Below are positions 11,196 to 24,291 of a stretch of DNA of 64,000 nucleotides, in pieces. Location of the stretch: NCBI RefSeq assembly GCF_036321535.1, contig NC_087436.1, forward strand, positions 97,156,001-97,220,000. Reading direction: 5' to 3'. The DNA comes from Camelus dromedarius (Eukaryota). Position 1 is the stretch's first letter. Every line of letters begins with the position of its first letter. A model generated the notes under the pieces. The model saw only the letters and a list, made by a program, of their open reading frames with translations, was not told the origin of the DNA and made no database searches. Position numbers and translations under genes: made by a program.

Positions 11196-14100
11196 GAGCT
11201 GGTAAATTTAGCCTAGTTTTTGTTAGTTAAAATCAGATAACTTTATAGTCTTAACCATATACATTCGTTCAATATACTCATTTAATCATGTTCTCTTACA
11301 TTTGGTTTATAATCTAACATTATCTTCTCATTATGTAGAGGTTTCCATTACCTAATATTGGTGATAATTGTGGCTTGAATAGAGATTTAGACTTCCTTTC
11401 ATATATCGATTCTTTAGTGCTACAAGGAAGAAGAGTATATTCTTTTAGACAGACAGTACTACACACTACATGCCACAGCACTAAGAATAATAAAAAGCTT
11501 ACGAAAGTGTTAATTGTTTGATTTCACTTTGCAGTGGTCCTGGTAAAGCATCAAATAGGTTTAAAAACTCACCTTTGACATTTGCAAGACAATAGGATGA
11601 ACATTTTTAAAAGCTGGTTTTCTGCCTCAGCTACTGTCTTTAGTTTGCTTGCTCATTTGAATGTTGAGGCAGTTTCTACGCCTAGGGTGGGTACAAGGTA
11701 ATCTCTATCAGATGCAATCTGACCTCTGGTTTTCTTCAGCACCTGTGCCCGCCTCTGGTTTGATTGAAATGAGGAGGAGAACTATTCAGAAGGGAGACAG
11801 GCTTCCATGCCATCAGGCTCTATTGCTATTGGTGTCATTATCCACATTTCTAGTATCTCTGCCCAGCTGGACTCACTCTGTCCTTTAAAAAGCTCATCTA
11901 AATTGTAGTGAGTTGATGAATGCCTATCCACAGTAATACAGTAAAAATGATGCAGCCTTGGTTGGAAACTGAGATAAAAGTTTATCTTAAAATGAATTAT
12001 TACAAATCCTTTAGCTTGACATGAAAAATTTTTTTTTAAAAATCAGATTTCCTATGGCATTTTATTCCTTTACTATTCTGTGATTGGTTTTGTGTTGGCA
12101 AAAGAACAAAAACACTGGGATGAGTATTTCCTGAAAGGAAACATGGCTTCTGTTGTGACTCTTCTGGCAAAAGGGATGGATTAGTGGACTGGGAAGGTGG
12201 CATTTCAAGACCAGGGAACAGAAGGCGTGGGTGTGGCCGTAGCTGCCGTCTCAGCTGGATGTGCAGTTTTCCTGGTCACGTGCAGTGAGTAGTCAGGTCT
12301 TTCCGTGTGTAAATGTGCACTTGAGGAACATGTGGTCGGGCTCTCGGGAAGTAGTTTGCAGGGTTGCCTGTTTCCCTCGTTTTCTTCTGCTTTCTTCAGT
12401 GTTACTCTTTGATGTCTCAGCAAGGCCTTGTCATTGTATTGCTGAAAACGGCATCCTCCCACCAGCCTTGATATCTTGTCACCCGCCAAGAAATCTAACT
12501 CACCCCCATTCTCACTCAGCTGTGGGCAACGTTGCCCCGTGGTCGCTTCATTGTCTGCAAGTGGTAGATAAGTGACAAACTTGACCTAGATATCTGTGTG
12601 TTAGGGGCTCAAAATTTCTTCCTGTAAGGAAAATTTTACACTCTGAAGAACGCAGCCATTTTGAGCCTGGTGTCATTTAGGTTTTTTACTTCTTTTCCCT
12701 GTATTGTCTTTACTGTGTGTTAGAAGAGAAATGTAAAATCAACTCTACGGTGTTAAAAATGTCGATATTTGTCTTGGAATCTCAAAATAGATTATAAATG
12801 AGCCGTTAGAGAAACTGCAACTTCCTGAGGTTAAGGTGACATCATATCTCGCCCCTTTAAGTACGTTTTGATCACTTCTGGGGTATTTATTTATTTTTCT
12901 GTTACTCTTCCATAAGTACTTACTTTTCAAACACCATTATTGTAGGCATTCAGGTGAGTTGTAATTTTTTAAGAAATTTTTTTTTAATCTCTTTGAAGAG
13001 AGCTAAAGGAAGGAAAATCTCATTTTAAAAATTCCCCTCTCTTTCCCTACAGCACTGTTTGATTTTTCTCTGCTGAAAAATGGGTTAGTGGTAACACTTC
13101 ATTCCACAAATAGTTGATTATCTCACTAGAGATATATTTTTATAAGCTCCTCTAATTCGTAGGCAAACTACAATTGAGAATGGATCACCTTGGGGGTAAA
13201 GTGTAAAGAAACGTTTTTGGCTGTTCTGGACCTTTCACCTTCTGGTGTCAACCACTGCACATTTACAGCCAGAGAGGCCCTTTTGTGGTCCCCAAGGGCG
13301 CTGTGCCCCTCCCGTCCCTTGGGTGCCCAACTGTGGGGAGAAGACCTCTCCCTCCTGAAAATTCCTAGCACCCTTTGTGTCGAGCATTGCTCAGCATCGC
13401 CTTGTAACTCACCTGCATTTATTGGGTTTTCTTTTTAAGCCAATCGTGTCGTGTATTTCTTTGCAGTGACCTTTTTCAACTCTGTCTGGGTACACACCGT
13501 GGAAACCTTGAGTGTGTCTTTTCTCGTGTTTTCACTTCTTTGGTTTTGCTCTTCCATCTGAATCTCATTAGCCATTGCCATCCATGAAAACCCTGTGCAA
13601 ACTTCAAAACCCATCTTGTTCTCCTCCTCCACAAATCTTGCCTTTATTAACTCCAGCTATGACATTTGAATGATAATATGCAGGAAAGGTTAGAAGGAAA
13701 ACAAGCTGAAAGCAGGGAGGTAAATCAGGAGCGTGTGCGATAAATCAGACATTAATTTGTTAGGGTGTGGGCTGCACAGGCCAGCGGAAGTGTTAAAAAG
13801 TAAATTTAGAAAAATACTGAAAATGAGCTGTCAGAGTTTGTGTAATTATGATTGATTGGACATAGGATTCATTCATTCAGAAAATATGCATACAATACTG
13901 ATTCTGTGAAAGCTGATGAAGAAAATACATGTAGGTCACACAGTCAATTGGGAAAGATTGTAATCCAATGATTACATGGTAAATATAAAAAAAAAATCAC
14001 CATTTCAATTAGAGTTAGTAATTTCGATAGAGGAAAAGTACAGGTTACTGTTAGCTCAAATGAGGGTTATCTGCCCAGGTGAGGATGAGGAGCCCGAGAG

Positions 14101-16297
14101 AAGAGACTAGTCAGAAGGGCTTTTTTCAGGAGCAATATATGCTGAAATATGAAAGACGGAGAGCCAGTAAGTATGTGAAGATGGGTACAAAAAACTGGTC
14201 CTTGCAGAACAGACAGAGAACGCAGAGTCACTGGATTGAGAAGAACCATGATATGTTCAGGGAACCTCAAGAAGATGTGCCTAAAGAGCCAGGAAGTAGC
14301 GGGAAGCAAGTTGACGTTGTGGACGGGAGGAGAGTCCCACGTTGTGTGGGTGAGAAAGATCAGCACCAGTAGACGTCTCTCCTGCTTGAGGCTGATTGAC
14401 TGGAAGAGTGAGTTTAAAGGGCGGATAGAGAGGGAAGGTGTGTTTTCAGGAGATAATTCAGTTTTAAAGTTTGAGGTGCTTATGGGACAGTTATATGCAC
14501 TCTTGATGATTCAAAATATGGAAGTGGAGTTTATAGAAATGGACAGAGAAGGACGAAAGGGACAGATTTTAGGACTCTGCACACAAAGTTGGTAGTTGTA
14601 ATAGTAAGAAGAGATTTTCTTAGAGAAGATAAAGCCAAAAAAATGGAAAATAAGGAGAAGAAAAAGTTATTTTGTAAGTACTTATTCTTTGACGTCTGTC
14701 TTCTTTGTCTATGAAGTTGCCCCCTCTTCTCCCCGAAGATTCTCGCATGATTTTGGCTGCTTGAGAGGACAAAAGAAAGCCTTCACTGGGTTGTTATTTA
14801 AGGTGGCATTAAAGAGTGAATAGGATTTTGATGGACTCATAAAGTCAGGGATGAGAGATTGGAGCAGAGCAGTGGAGGAGAAGAAACTGTCAAATAACTA
14901 AGAGGGAGTACCATGATGGTACAGTGTATCTCTTCAACTAGCAGAGGAGAAAGCTCCCAGGAGACCGCCATGTTGCTCAGAGTGACTGACTTGTACCTGT
15001 TTGCTATGTAGGGCTGGAGTTTGCTGCCGGGAGGAATATGGACTTGGCATTTGTGCTCTGCATGGGATGATTTAGTACGTTCTTCTCCTAACCAGTTGTT
15101 TCAAATTCTTGGGACCTGCTTAAAAGTGATGGCTCCATGGATGATGCTATGGAAGGGAATCTTGGAAGAAACCCCATGAAGTTGTATCCAAACTTTTTTT
15201 GACACTCAAGGTCTTCCATAATGTGGCTTTGATGTGTGTTTTCAGACTTAGCTCTTTTGACTCTACACTACAAATCCTCTTCTTTCTTTACTTTATGCTT
15301 TTATTATTCAATCTTGCCAGCCAGGAGCCCCTCCACTCCTTCACTTATCTATTTGGTTAAACTTAAGGTTTCTTCAAGTCAGGCTCAAATGTCATGATTT
15401 CTGTGAAAATAACCTCTGACCTCTTGTAAGCAGAATTGACAATCCTCATCTTTGTACTCTTATTTCCCATGGTTTGTCCTCAGTTTTAAACTTTTCTCTC
15501 CCTAGATTCATTGGTTTTTCATTTTGAGGCAACTTGAATGTATAAATACTCTGAATTTTCCTTTCAGCACAGGGCCCAGTAAATATTACACTCTTGGTAA
15601 ATAGTTGAAATTGTTGGGTGATTGTTGTGCCAAATGGTTTAGGAGGGTCCAGGAAAATGAAGACTGAGAAAGTTATCAAGAGTCTTCAGAATGACTTTCT
15701 TGAGCAAAATTGTTAACATGTATATGCCAATTGCAAACAGCTGAATCCACATTTTTTCACTCTTTCACCATTGGAGTATAAAACATAAAGTAATGCAGTG
15801 AGATTAAGATCTTTATCATCAGAGCGTTGGGTAATGTGGTTAATTGATATAATCCAGCAGTCTGGTTTCTGAGATAATATTCTTGTTCACAGTGTATAGC
15901 TGTGCTTTTGAAATGGATTAGTTACAGTACCTGTTATGGCCAGCAGATGCCTGCAAACACCGTAAAATCACTTGGACCAGATTGTTTAAAAGAACACACT
16001 GCTGTTTTTTGGAACCATGGATTGCTAGTCTAGTATAATTTTTCTTATGTGATTCATTACCTCTTAATGCCAGATGAAGAGAAAATTGAAATGATATCCC
16101 ACTTAAAAGGGGCACTTAATATTTTCCTTTCTGGCATATTAAGTGTATTTGAGGATATATGCTATTGGCATGTGATTTATAAAATTTAGACTGAAATGAG
16201 GAAAGAGAAAGCACTTGTAAATACTGTGCCATTCTGTTTTTGATAAAGGGGATTTTATTTTAATGTCTTCTGTTATCTTTTTCTCTAACCAATGCAG

Positions 16298-16418
16298 GAG
16301 AAGTATTCAAAAGGAATAATTCCCCTTTCTGCTATATCTACAGTACGAGTTCAAGGCGACAACAAATTTGAAGTTGTTACAACACAAAGAACTTTTGTTT
16401 TTAGAGTAGAAAAAGAAG
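16298..16418 (+). CDS. ARAP2: ARAP2 exon (121 nt, phase 0-1), PH1: EKYSKGIIPLSAISTVRVQGDNKFEVVTTQRTFVFRVEKE
   Basis: pyrimidine tract with ctaac branch-like site then atgcag acceptor; G|gtaaga donor; open frame. Confidence 0.96.
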
Positions 16419-17544
16419 GTAAGATTATTTCTTTATCCCTATGAAAATACAGACACTAATTTTTGACACATCAGAAGATTTAATAAACCAGTTAAGCTAG
16501 AAATGTCAGGCAGTCTTTAAATATGTTATTTTTTAAACATTTTATGATAATTTTTTGAATGCCCTAATATTAAAACAATCCACTTGACAAGTCATTGTTC
16601 AGTATTCTCTCATGCAACAAGTATTTAGTGAGAATCTACTACATGCCAAGGATGCCTCTAAATTGGGAGCATGTAGCAGTGAAAAAAAGTAGACAAACAT
16701 CTCTGCTCTTATGGAGCTCACCTTTAGCTGTTATTTTGATGGTGCAAAAAGTTTAACGTGGAGAAATGATTTTTCTAACAATGAAAAGATTGGTTTTATC
16801 AAAGCTTATGTATGACAGGTTTTAACTGAAAACACAGGCATAATAATCATTCTAGTATTGACTTTGGAGCATCATTTATGTTTCTTGAAATTTTTCGCCT
16901 GTGTCATCTGCTGTGGGTCACTAGATGGTGAATATTGATCTAAAGATGGCATGTGGTTTATGGATGGAGCCTAAACCTTTAAATTTTCTCTGATATTTTG
17001 GGGGTGGGCAGGGAAGGGAGGCAGAGGAGTTAAAAGTTATTATAACTGTGATCGACTATCAACATATCAGAACGATAAACCTCACTACTTCTAAGTAATG
17101 TAGGTAAGGCCATCTTCATTTAGTAAAGAACTAGAGTTTTACCCTATTTTAAAGCCTACTTTTATTTTAGTATCGATTATAACGAAACTTGATTTTTAAA
17201 AGTACTTCTTGGTAGTTAATTATTTAAATAACGGTGATATGAAAAAAACTACTGAATACTTGATATCCGCTAAATGGTTCATTTTCACAATAGTCTTATG
17301 AGGCATGTAGGTATTACAGTTACTCTGTTTTACACATGTAAGTATTTACCTTTTATAAATGATGATCGTATTAGCTGTTATGGGGCAATATTTGTCTTTT
17401 TTAAACTGCTCGGTTCCTAGAACTTATACCAATGCATCATGCCACATAGAAAGCATCTAATAAATCTTACGTATCACTGACAAGCTTCCATTATTGCTTG
17501 GGATAATCAGTAAATGGATACATTCCAGCTGCTGTACCCACTGG

Positions 17545-17797
17545 AGCAGCTTTTTTCCAGACTAGGAGTCACTCACTAGCCATTAGTGAGATCAATTTAG
17601 TGGTTTCTGATGGTCCCCCACAAAATCCCCCAAAGCAAAAAACAAACATGAAGTAGAGTAAGAAATATCAAAGTGCATTGCTTACAGTAAGTGTAAGTAA
17701 CATAGTGTGAAACATACCTATGTATATACCACCCTGGTGTAACGTAAAACGTGTTTCTTACTTCACTTGCTGTTAAAAAAAAATGTCGAGAGCTATA
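17545..17797. mobile_element. hAT-Charlie-type non-autonomous DNA transposon, family not assigned
   Basis: gagatcaatttagtgg...aaatatcaaagtgcattg...aacgtaaaacgtgtttcttac resembles a recalled MER consensus. Confidence 0.5.
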
Positions 17798-17806
17798 GCC
17801 TAGAAT

Positions 17807-18027
17807 TGGGGTTGGCAAAGTGTGGCCTGTAACCTAAACCTGGCCCACTGCTTGTTTTTGTAAATGCGGTCTTGTTCACCCCAGCCTCTCTCATTCATTT
17901 ACATTTTGCCTCAGGGCTGTTTGTGTGCATCAGGGCAGCCTTGAGTCCTGGCAGCGCAGACTGTATGGCCGGGAAGCCTAGGATATTTACTGTCTAGCCC
18001 TTTGCAGAAAAAGTTTGCCAACCCCTG
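17807..18027 (-). mobile_element. MER58A-like hAT-Charlie MITE
   Basis: terminal inverted repeats ggggttggcaaa / tttgccaacccctg; internal gcctaggatatttactgtctagccctttgcagaaaaag. Confidence 0.8.
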
Positions 18028-18695
18028 TCTTAGAGTATTTTATATAGAAATATGTATTGTGAATGATTGCCTGAAATTCAGAAAGTTACCCATAGTGTAT
18101 CTGAAATCACAAATTCTCTCTTCCTGTACTTCTTAAAACACATGGCATTGCCTAAAACCCTGGCTATCGGGATGGTCTTCCTAATGCTTTGGCCTCCACT
18201 GCCCCGAGGTGATTGAGGTGATTGCTTGTTTCTTTGAGGTGTTAGCTCTTCCTCTTGGCTCCTCCTAGTGAATTTCACATATGCCACATAGTCTTCATTT
18301 TAATATAGACGTACTAAATAAAGCTTCCAACTTGTGTGAAAATCTGTTTAGCCATATTTACTTGTAACAGTGAAAAATTAAACAGACACGTTTTATTTAA
18401 ATAAAATGTATCAACCCACACATGTTTAAAAGTTACAATGTTTACAATTGACCAGTAAGTCCTTTTGTGGTGTGTAGTTCATCTTTATGATGTAAACTGA
18501 GTATAAGAATTTCATGAACCTTGGTTTGAATTATTGTTTGTTAAATAAAGTCTTACGTCTTTAATTTTTGAAACCTTAGAAATACTGCTTCAGTGAAAAC
18601 TGAAGTTTATCCACATGGAATTACTGAATATGCTATTTTCATTGAAAGTCATTTTTACATAGTAACAACTCACATCTTTAAAGATGAGTGTAGAG

Positions 18696-18725
18696 GTGTG
18701 TGTGTGTGTGTGTGTGCGTGTGTGT
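18696..18725. repeat. (GT)n microsatellite, imperfect
   Basis: seen directly. Confidence 0.9.
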
Positions 18726-19618
18726 ATGTATATGAAAGTAAGTGGCATATGTGTCTATGTATTTAGTATGGAGTCTTTAACAGGATACTAAATATGTTTT
18801 CAGTGTATTTTTTTCCTCCTTCCATATATACAAATGGTTGATTATTTTTTATTTGGTGGGAACTGAGAAATCAACCACATTTGCTTATAAAAATTTTGAT
18901 TTAATGAACTTAAGCCAAATTAAACTTTGCTTCAGTTTAATTAAGAAGCAAAATCAAAGTTTAGAACAGAAAGGACAATAGATTGACATCTCAACAGAGA
19001 TGAATTCTTCACTTTTGGTGAAAGGTTTTGAATGACCTATATACGCAGCTGTCCTTGGTCTCCCAGAAACCAGCATCACTCTTTCTAAACTGCCGCTTCA
19101 CCCGCTGGCATTGCTTAGAGAGGATGGCAATCTGGCATCTTTTCCCCACAAATTCTCTAAGGCTTCAATTCCTCTGGGTTTCCCAGTGAAATACTGTTAT
19201 TTTCTTAGTTGAAAGTTAATTATATGGAAATGATAACATCTTTCAAATTCTCCTCCTCCAAAAGAAAATTTAGTCTGATTCCTTTTGTCCTCAAGCAGAC
19301 CCGCTGGAATTGCTCAGAGGGTCATAAGAGCTAATGACCCATGTTCCCTTAGCACCTGTGGTCACACAGGCAGATATGTACAAAAAACAGGTGATATTTT
19401 GAGTGGGCAGTTCTCATAGTTAGAAGAAGGCTTAAGAAGTCTAAGTGGTCATTCCCTTTCCAGGACCATTTTCAGTCCCAGCCCTCGGCTGCAGGCCCTG
19501 TGTTCATGTCCATCAGCTGGCTGCAGCCCCCGGGAGACAGGCAGGTGTGTCACCCTTTCAAATCTGTTTCTGTGCAACATTGTACAGCCCTCCAGTGGCA
19601 GCTCAGAAACTGCAAAGC

Positions 19619-19619
<1 letters not shown>

Positions 19620-19669
<50 letters not shown>
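19620..19669. repeat. (TG)25 microsatellite
   Basis: perfect dinucleotide run. Confidence 0.97.
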
Positions 19670-19672
<3 letters not shown>

Positions 19673-19929
19673 AACACTTAGGGATTTGGGATAAGAAACA
19701 TATAAATTTCCCTTAGTTGTTTTGGGTGAATAGACTTACCTGTTTAGAAATCTTCCTTGTTTCTAAAAGCAGAGCATGGGACATTTGATGTCTGGAGGGA
19801 GAGCAATGAGAGTTAAAAGTTCTCTGCTGTGTACTTTGAGTGACTCCTATGAAAAAATAGGCTGCAAACTGTGCAGCCATCGTTAAATCTTCTCTCGCTT
19901 GCATCTAGCACAACAACAGATCTTACCAG

Positions 19930-20642
19930 TGTAACTTTGGAAATTTGTCTAGATTCTGACCAATTCTCAGTGTCTCCACCACTTTCCCTCTGGCACAGGC
20001 CACCGCTTCGTCTACCTGGATGATTGCCATAACCTCCCTGGATCGACTGTGGTCATATTTTGAGTAGAGTTATCAGAGCAGTCGTTCAGCAAGGAAGTCA
20101 GATCCCGTCTGTCCGTTTCCGATGTCCTGTAGTCTTTCCATCTCGCTGAGTAAAGTACTTGTGATGTCCAGAAGCCCCTGCATCATCTGGCCCTGGTCTC
20201 TCTGTCCTGTTTCCTTCTGTGCTCTCCCTCCTCGCTGCACCGCAGCCTCTGGTCCCGTGAACGTGCCAAACCTGCTGCTGCCTTGGCCTCAACGCCTGCT
20301 GCTTTCTGCGTCCTGGAGCGCTCTTCCTTCAGCCACCCTTCTGACTTGCTACATCACTTCCTCTTCTAAGCTGTTGCTTAACCATTGCCTTCTTTCTGAG
20401 GCTACTTGTATTACGCTACATAGAATAGCGCTTCCTGTGCCCCTCATCTTGTGCTTTAATTTATTCCCTTGCATTTGTCACCATGTAACATAGAACTACA
20501 TTTTATTGCCTTCCTCCTTTCACAAGAGTGTGAACTTCCGGAGAGGAAGGCCATGATCTGTCTTGTTCACTGCTTCATTCCTGGTATTGAGGACAGGGCT
20601 TAGAACCTAGTGGGCCCTCAGTAGACATTTGTATCAATGAGT
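19930..20642 (+). mobile_element. LINE-2 3' fragment
   Basis: caggccacc...acctggatgattgccataacctcc...gtcttgttcactgct...ctcagtagacatttgt...aatga L2 3' end pattern. Confidence 0.75.
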
Positions 20643-23599
20643 CATTATCAATTTCAAGAACAACCCTGGTGTGTAGTAATGCCTTCTGTAATATTGATCG
20701 TGGGTTACACTACACTGAGAGATCTTTAGTTCGATTATATTACATCAAAAGTAAGAGTCTATCCAAACTTTGTTAGAATCGTTTACTAATGTTTTACACG
20801 GCCCTCGTGTAGTAATCCCTCATATAGTCAATCCTCTGTTGCTAATGAAAATGCCTCCTGTTAAATCCTGTGGTCCAGAGCATAGTGAGTCTTTCCTGTC
20901 AATGATTTTTTAACAGCTGTTTTGATTTGCGCACTGTAAGTTGGCATTCCTGAAAACCTCAAGAGCTAAGCTGAGGCTGAGGGTAAGGCTGCTGTCTTTT
21001 ATTTACATTCTAGCATAATCACAAGAAAGTGGCGATTTTGTTTCCCCTCTTCCCTTTTTTCTTTTTCCAACCTGGAAAGCTCTACTCTGAGCAAAGGCAT
21101 ATCTAGGTCAGAGCACATTCTCTGAAGGAACAGTGCTTAGATCAAGACAGGTGCTCAATAAATATTTGTTATTGGAAGGAATAAAAGTACCTTGGCATGA
21201 AGAGCAGGCAGAAGCCAGCCTAGTATCTGGCTTTGCCTTTGCCCAGGGGAAAGTCACTATTTGCTTTGGAATATTGTGACTTACCAAAGTGTGTTCCCCG
21301 TGGCCAATGTGCGCACTTGGCACAGCCAAATACCAATGACACTTGTAATCTCTTTTATTGTGTTTGAATTGTCTGTATCACTGTTTATCTCCTCTGGCTT
21401 GGGTAATTAAATATAAACTGAGTGTTACTGTACAGTCCTGTTCTTCTGCATGACTGTTTACTTCCTATTAGTAAATGAGGCCCTCAGGAGCTAGACAATT
21501 CTTTTAGGCGATAAGGGAACCATTTGTTGAGATGCAGCCATTATACACCTGAGTCCAACAATTAATGCAATTGCCAGTTTCAAATTATTTCCTGGGAAAC
21601 TGATACCTACGCTAATAGTAGTCTGGAAACCACAATCACTTTGGCCCAGTTCATTAAATTATGACCTACTTTTCAAAGTCAGTGATTTATGTGGATTAAC
21701 ATAAGCAAACAAACAAAAAACATCGTGTACCATTTCCTTGGCAGGAATATCGTGTGTGTATTTAATGATCACAAGCAATCATCAAGTGAAGTGGAAGGTC
21801 TGTTGCTGTTACTGAAAGTAATGAGTTACCACAGCGCAGTCTGTCTATGCAGATGCGAAATGTAGGGTTGCTGCTGTGCATCGACATTGGCTTATTTACC
21901 TGAATATTTCACCTTTTAGCTCATAACGATGCTGGGGAAGTTGGAGAAATATTTCGTTCTGATATAGAGGAACAAGCACTGTTATTTGGGGATCACGTAA
22001 TACCTGCCATCAAATGTTGTTGAATGAGTTTTTAGTGAATACTTGTGGTCGTTAAAGACACAACTAACTGATTTTAGTAGTTTTGAAGGTGAACAAGAGT
22101 GAAGATAATTTAAAAATTAAGACTTGTACTATAACATAACTCTGGATCCATCTTTGAATGTAAGCAAGTCTAGTCTGGAGACTTATGTCCGTCCACAATG
22201 ACATGACCTCTGAGCAGACCTGTCTTAGAAGGATCTGAGATACTGGCCAGTTTCCCAAGCTTGAGGCCTGCTTACTCTCTCCTTCTCAAAAAATTCTCCT
22301 CCCTGGAATTCAGTCTGTTTTATTGGTTTTTACCTTGATAACTGTGTCTCCATTTTTCTTTTTTCTGGCCCATCTTCAAGCCTCCTAGAATTGGTTATAC
22401 CTCCAGCAGGCACCGCGTCTTCTCCTTTTACGTTAAACGTTTATCCACTATCAAGAGTCTTGTGTAGACGACCTTCATTCACATACTGCTACCAGTCTGC
22501 CTAGATGCTCGCACCAGGGCACCGAAAACCCAAGGTGGTTCTGTAACTAAAATAGAGACCCTCCTGCCTTCTGTGGTCAGTTCATGATTCCAAGCTACCT
22601 TTTCTTCTGAGTAATTTTTTTTTTTTTTTTTTTTTGAGAACAGCGGTCAAACATATTTAAAACCTCAGCTATTTTACTCTGCTGAATGTCTTAACCCCTC
22701 GGAGGTTCTTTTCTTTCCATTTTCATTGTACTTTAAGTCTCTGTTGCCTTTGTGCTGACCCCGAAGCTTCCGGTTTGGTCTGTCATCATCCTAATCATGC
22801 CCTTTTCTTGCTCAGAATTGTCAGATGCTTCTCCTCGGCCTCCGTAATGACGACCAGACTCCTTACTAGGGCCCTGTAGGTTCCGTAGCTGTATTTTCCC
22901 ACTATTTCTCTGAGTTCAAAATTATAAATATATTCACCTATAAATTCGTCCCTGAGCAGACGTTGGCTGTCTCTGCGTTTGTTCTTGTGTTTCCCCTGCG
23001 TAGACACTGTTTTATACCTCCTTCCCCCAGACTCCAGTTTTGTCTTTGAAATTGCTCCTCATTGTCAAGACCTAGCACAGACGCCCTTGTTTTCCCTCAA
23101 AGTGCCGAGAGTTAAAACATTTGTTTCCCCTAATTTTAATACTAACTTGCTATATGACCTTCAGCAAACCACTTCAGCAAACCTCCACTGAATTGACTCA
23201 TATATTATTGGACACCATTTATATGACATTTATAGTATTCTGTGTTCCCTTATGTGTTCACATCTAACTTGACTTACAGCTTTGATTGCTCTCTGGGGAC
23301 TAGATCGAATACCAAGGCCCGTAACACGGTGTGTTGTATATAGTTGAAGGTCACTTAGTTTTTGTGGAAGGAGTGAGAGAACTGAGTTTTAATTTAATAG
23401 ATGAGATGCTGCTGTCAGTGACGGGTGAGTGACTCGCACGGCAAGCACCTCCTTGAGTAGGTTCCAAGTACCTGTAGAAAGTAAGCTTTTCTGGGTATTT
23501 TAGTAACTGCATTGCTGGGTACGATCTGTTAGCTGTTCCGTAGCCATATTACTCTCATATATTAAGAGAGACAATCCAGTGTCATGAATAATGTAAAAG

Positions 23600-23740
23600 A
23601 ATGCTGCTTAGATGTTAACATGGATACGCATCATCTGGAGAAGATTCTGATTCGTTAGGTCTGGAGCGGGGCCTGGGATTGTATGTTTCTGCTCAGCTCT
23701 CAGGTGAAGCCAGTGGTACTGGTTGCAGGACAACGGAGTC
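23600..23740. mobile_element. MER5-like hAT-Charlie fragment
   Basis: agattctgattcgttaggtctggagcggggcctgggattgtatgtttct. Confidence 0.65.
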
Positions 23741-23749
23741 CTGTAACCA

Positions 23750-23926
23750 GTACATACCTTCTGGTTCTGCACACAAGGGTATTTTTAACCCATGGTGGGT
23801 AGAACCCATGGTTGGTGAATCTGGGGGTGCAGAGGGCTGACTGTAAGGGACTTGAGCATCTGGAGATTCTGGCATCCACGACAGCCCTGGAACTAGTCTC
23901 CTGTGGATACTGAGGGAGGACTAGTA
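23750..23926. mobile_element. MER2-type TcMar-Tigger element, short rearranged form
   Basis: gagggctgactgta and gggacttgagcatc...ggatactgagggaggact MER2 terminal motifs. Confidence 0.65.
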
Positions 23927-24112
23927 AGAGTGAGTTCTTTTCCCTAACAGAACTAGGCCATTAGCCCTGCTGACAGTAGCATTTAGGTTGTGGTTCTGGG
24001 AAAGAATCTATAAATTATCTGTTGCGAAGAAAGTTGATCTCTTTCCACATGGCTGTGTCTTTATAACTTACTAACTATGGATCTCTGTGCCTTCTCTTGT
24101 CTTTATTTTCAG

Positions 24113-24291
24113 AGGAGAGAAATGACTGGATCAGCCTACTGTTAAATGCCCTGAAATTACAGTCCCTTTCCTCCCAGTCTCCAGCAGTTGCTGCGCCTGA
24201 GAAATGTGGATATCTTGAACTGAGAGGCTATAAAGCTAAAATTTTTACTGTATTAAGTGGAAACAGCGTGTGGCTTTGCAAAAACGAACAG
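24113..24291 (+). CDS. ARAP2: ARAP2 exon (179 nt, phase 1-0), end of PH1 / start of PH2: (E)ERNDWISLLLNALK...EKCGYLELRGYKAKIFTVLSGNSVWLCKNEQ
   Basis: ctttattttcag acceptor, CAG|gtgatc donor; contained in ORF 24097..24378; PH C-terminal helix Trp present. Confidence 0.96.

Noticed and set aside
14067..14595. Overlapping 97-119 aa ORFs
   Set aside because: Purine-rich L2-like remnant; ORFs of this size are expected by chance
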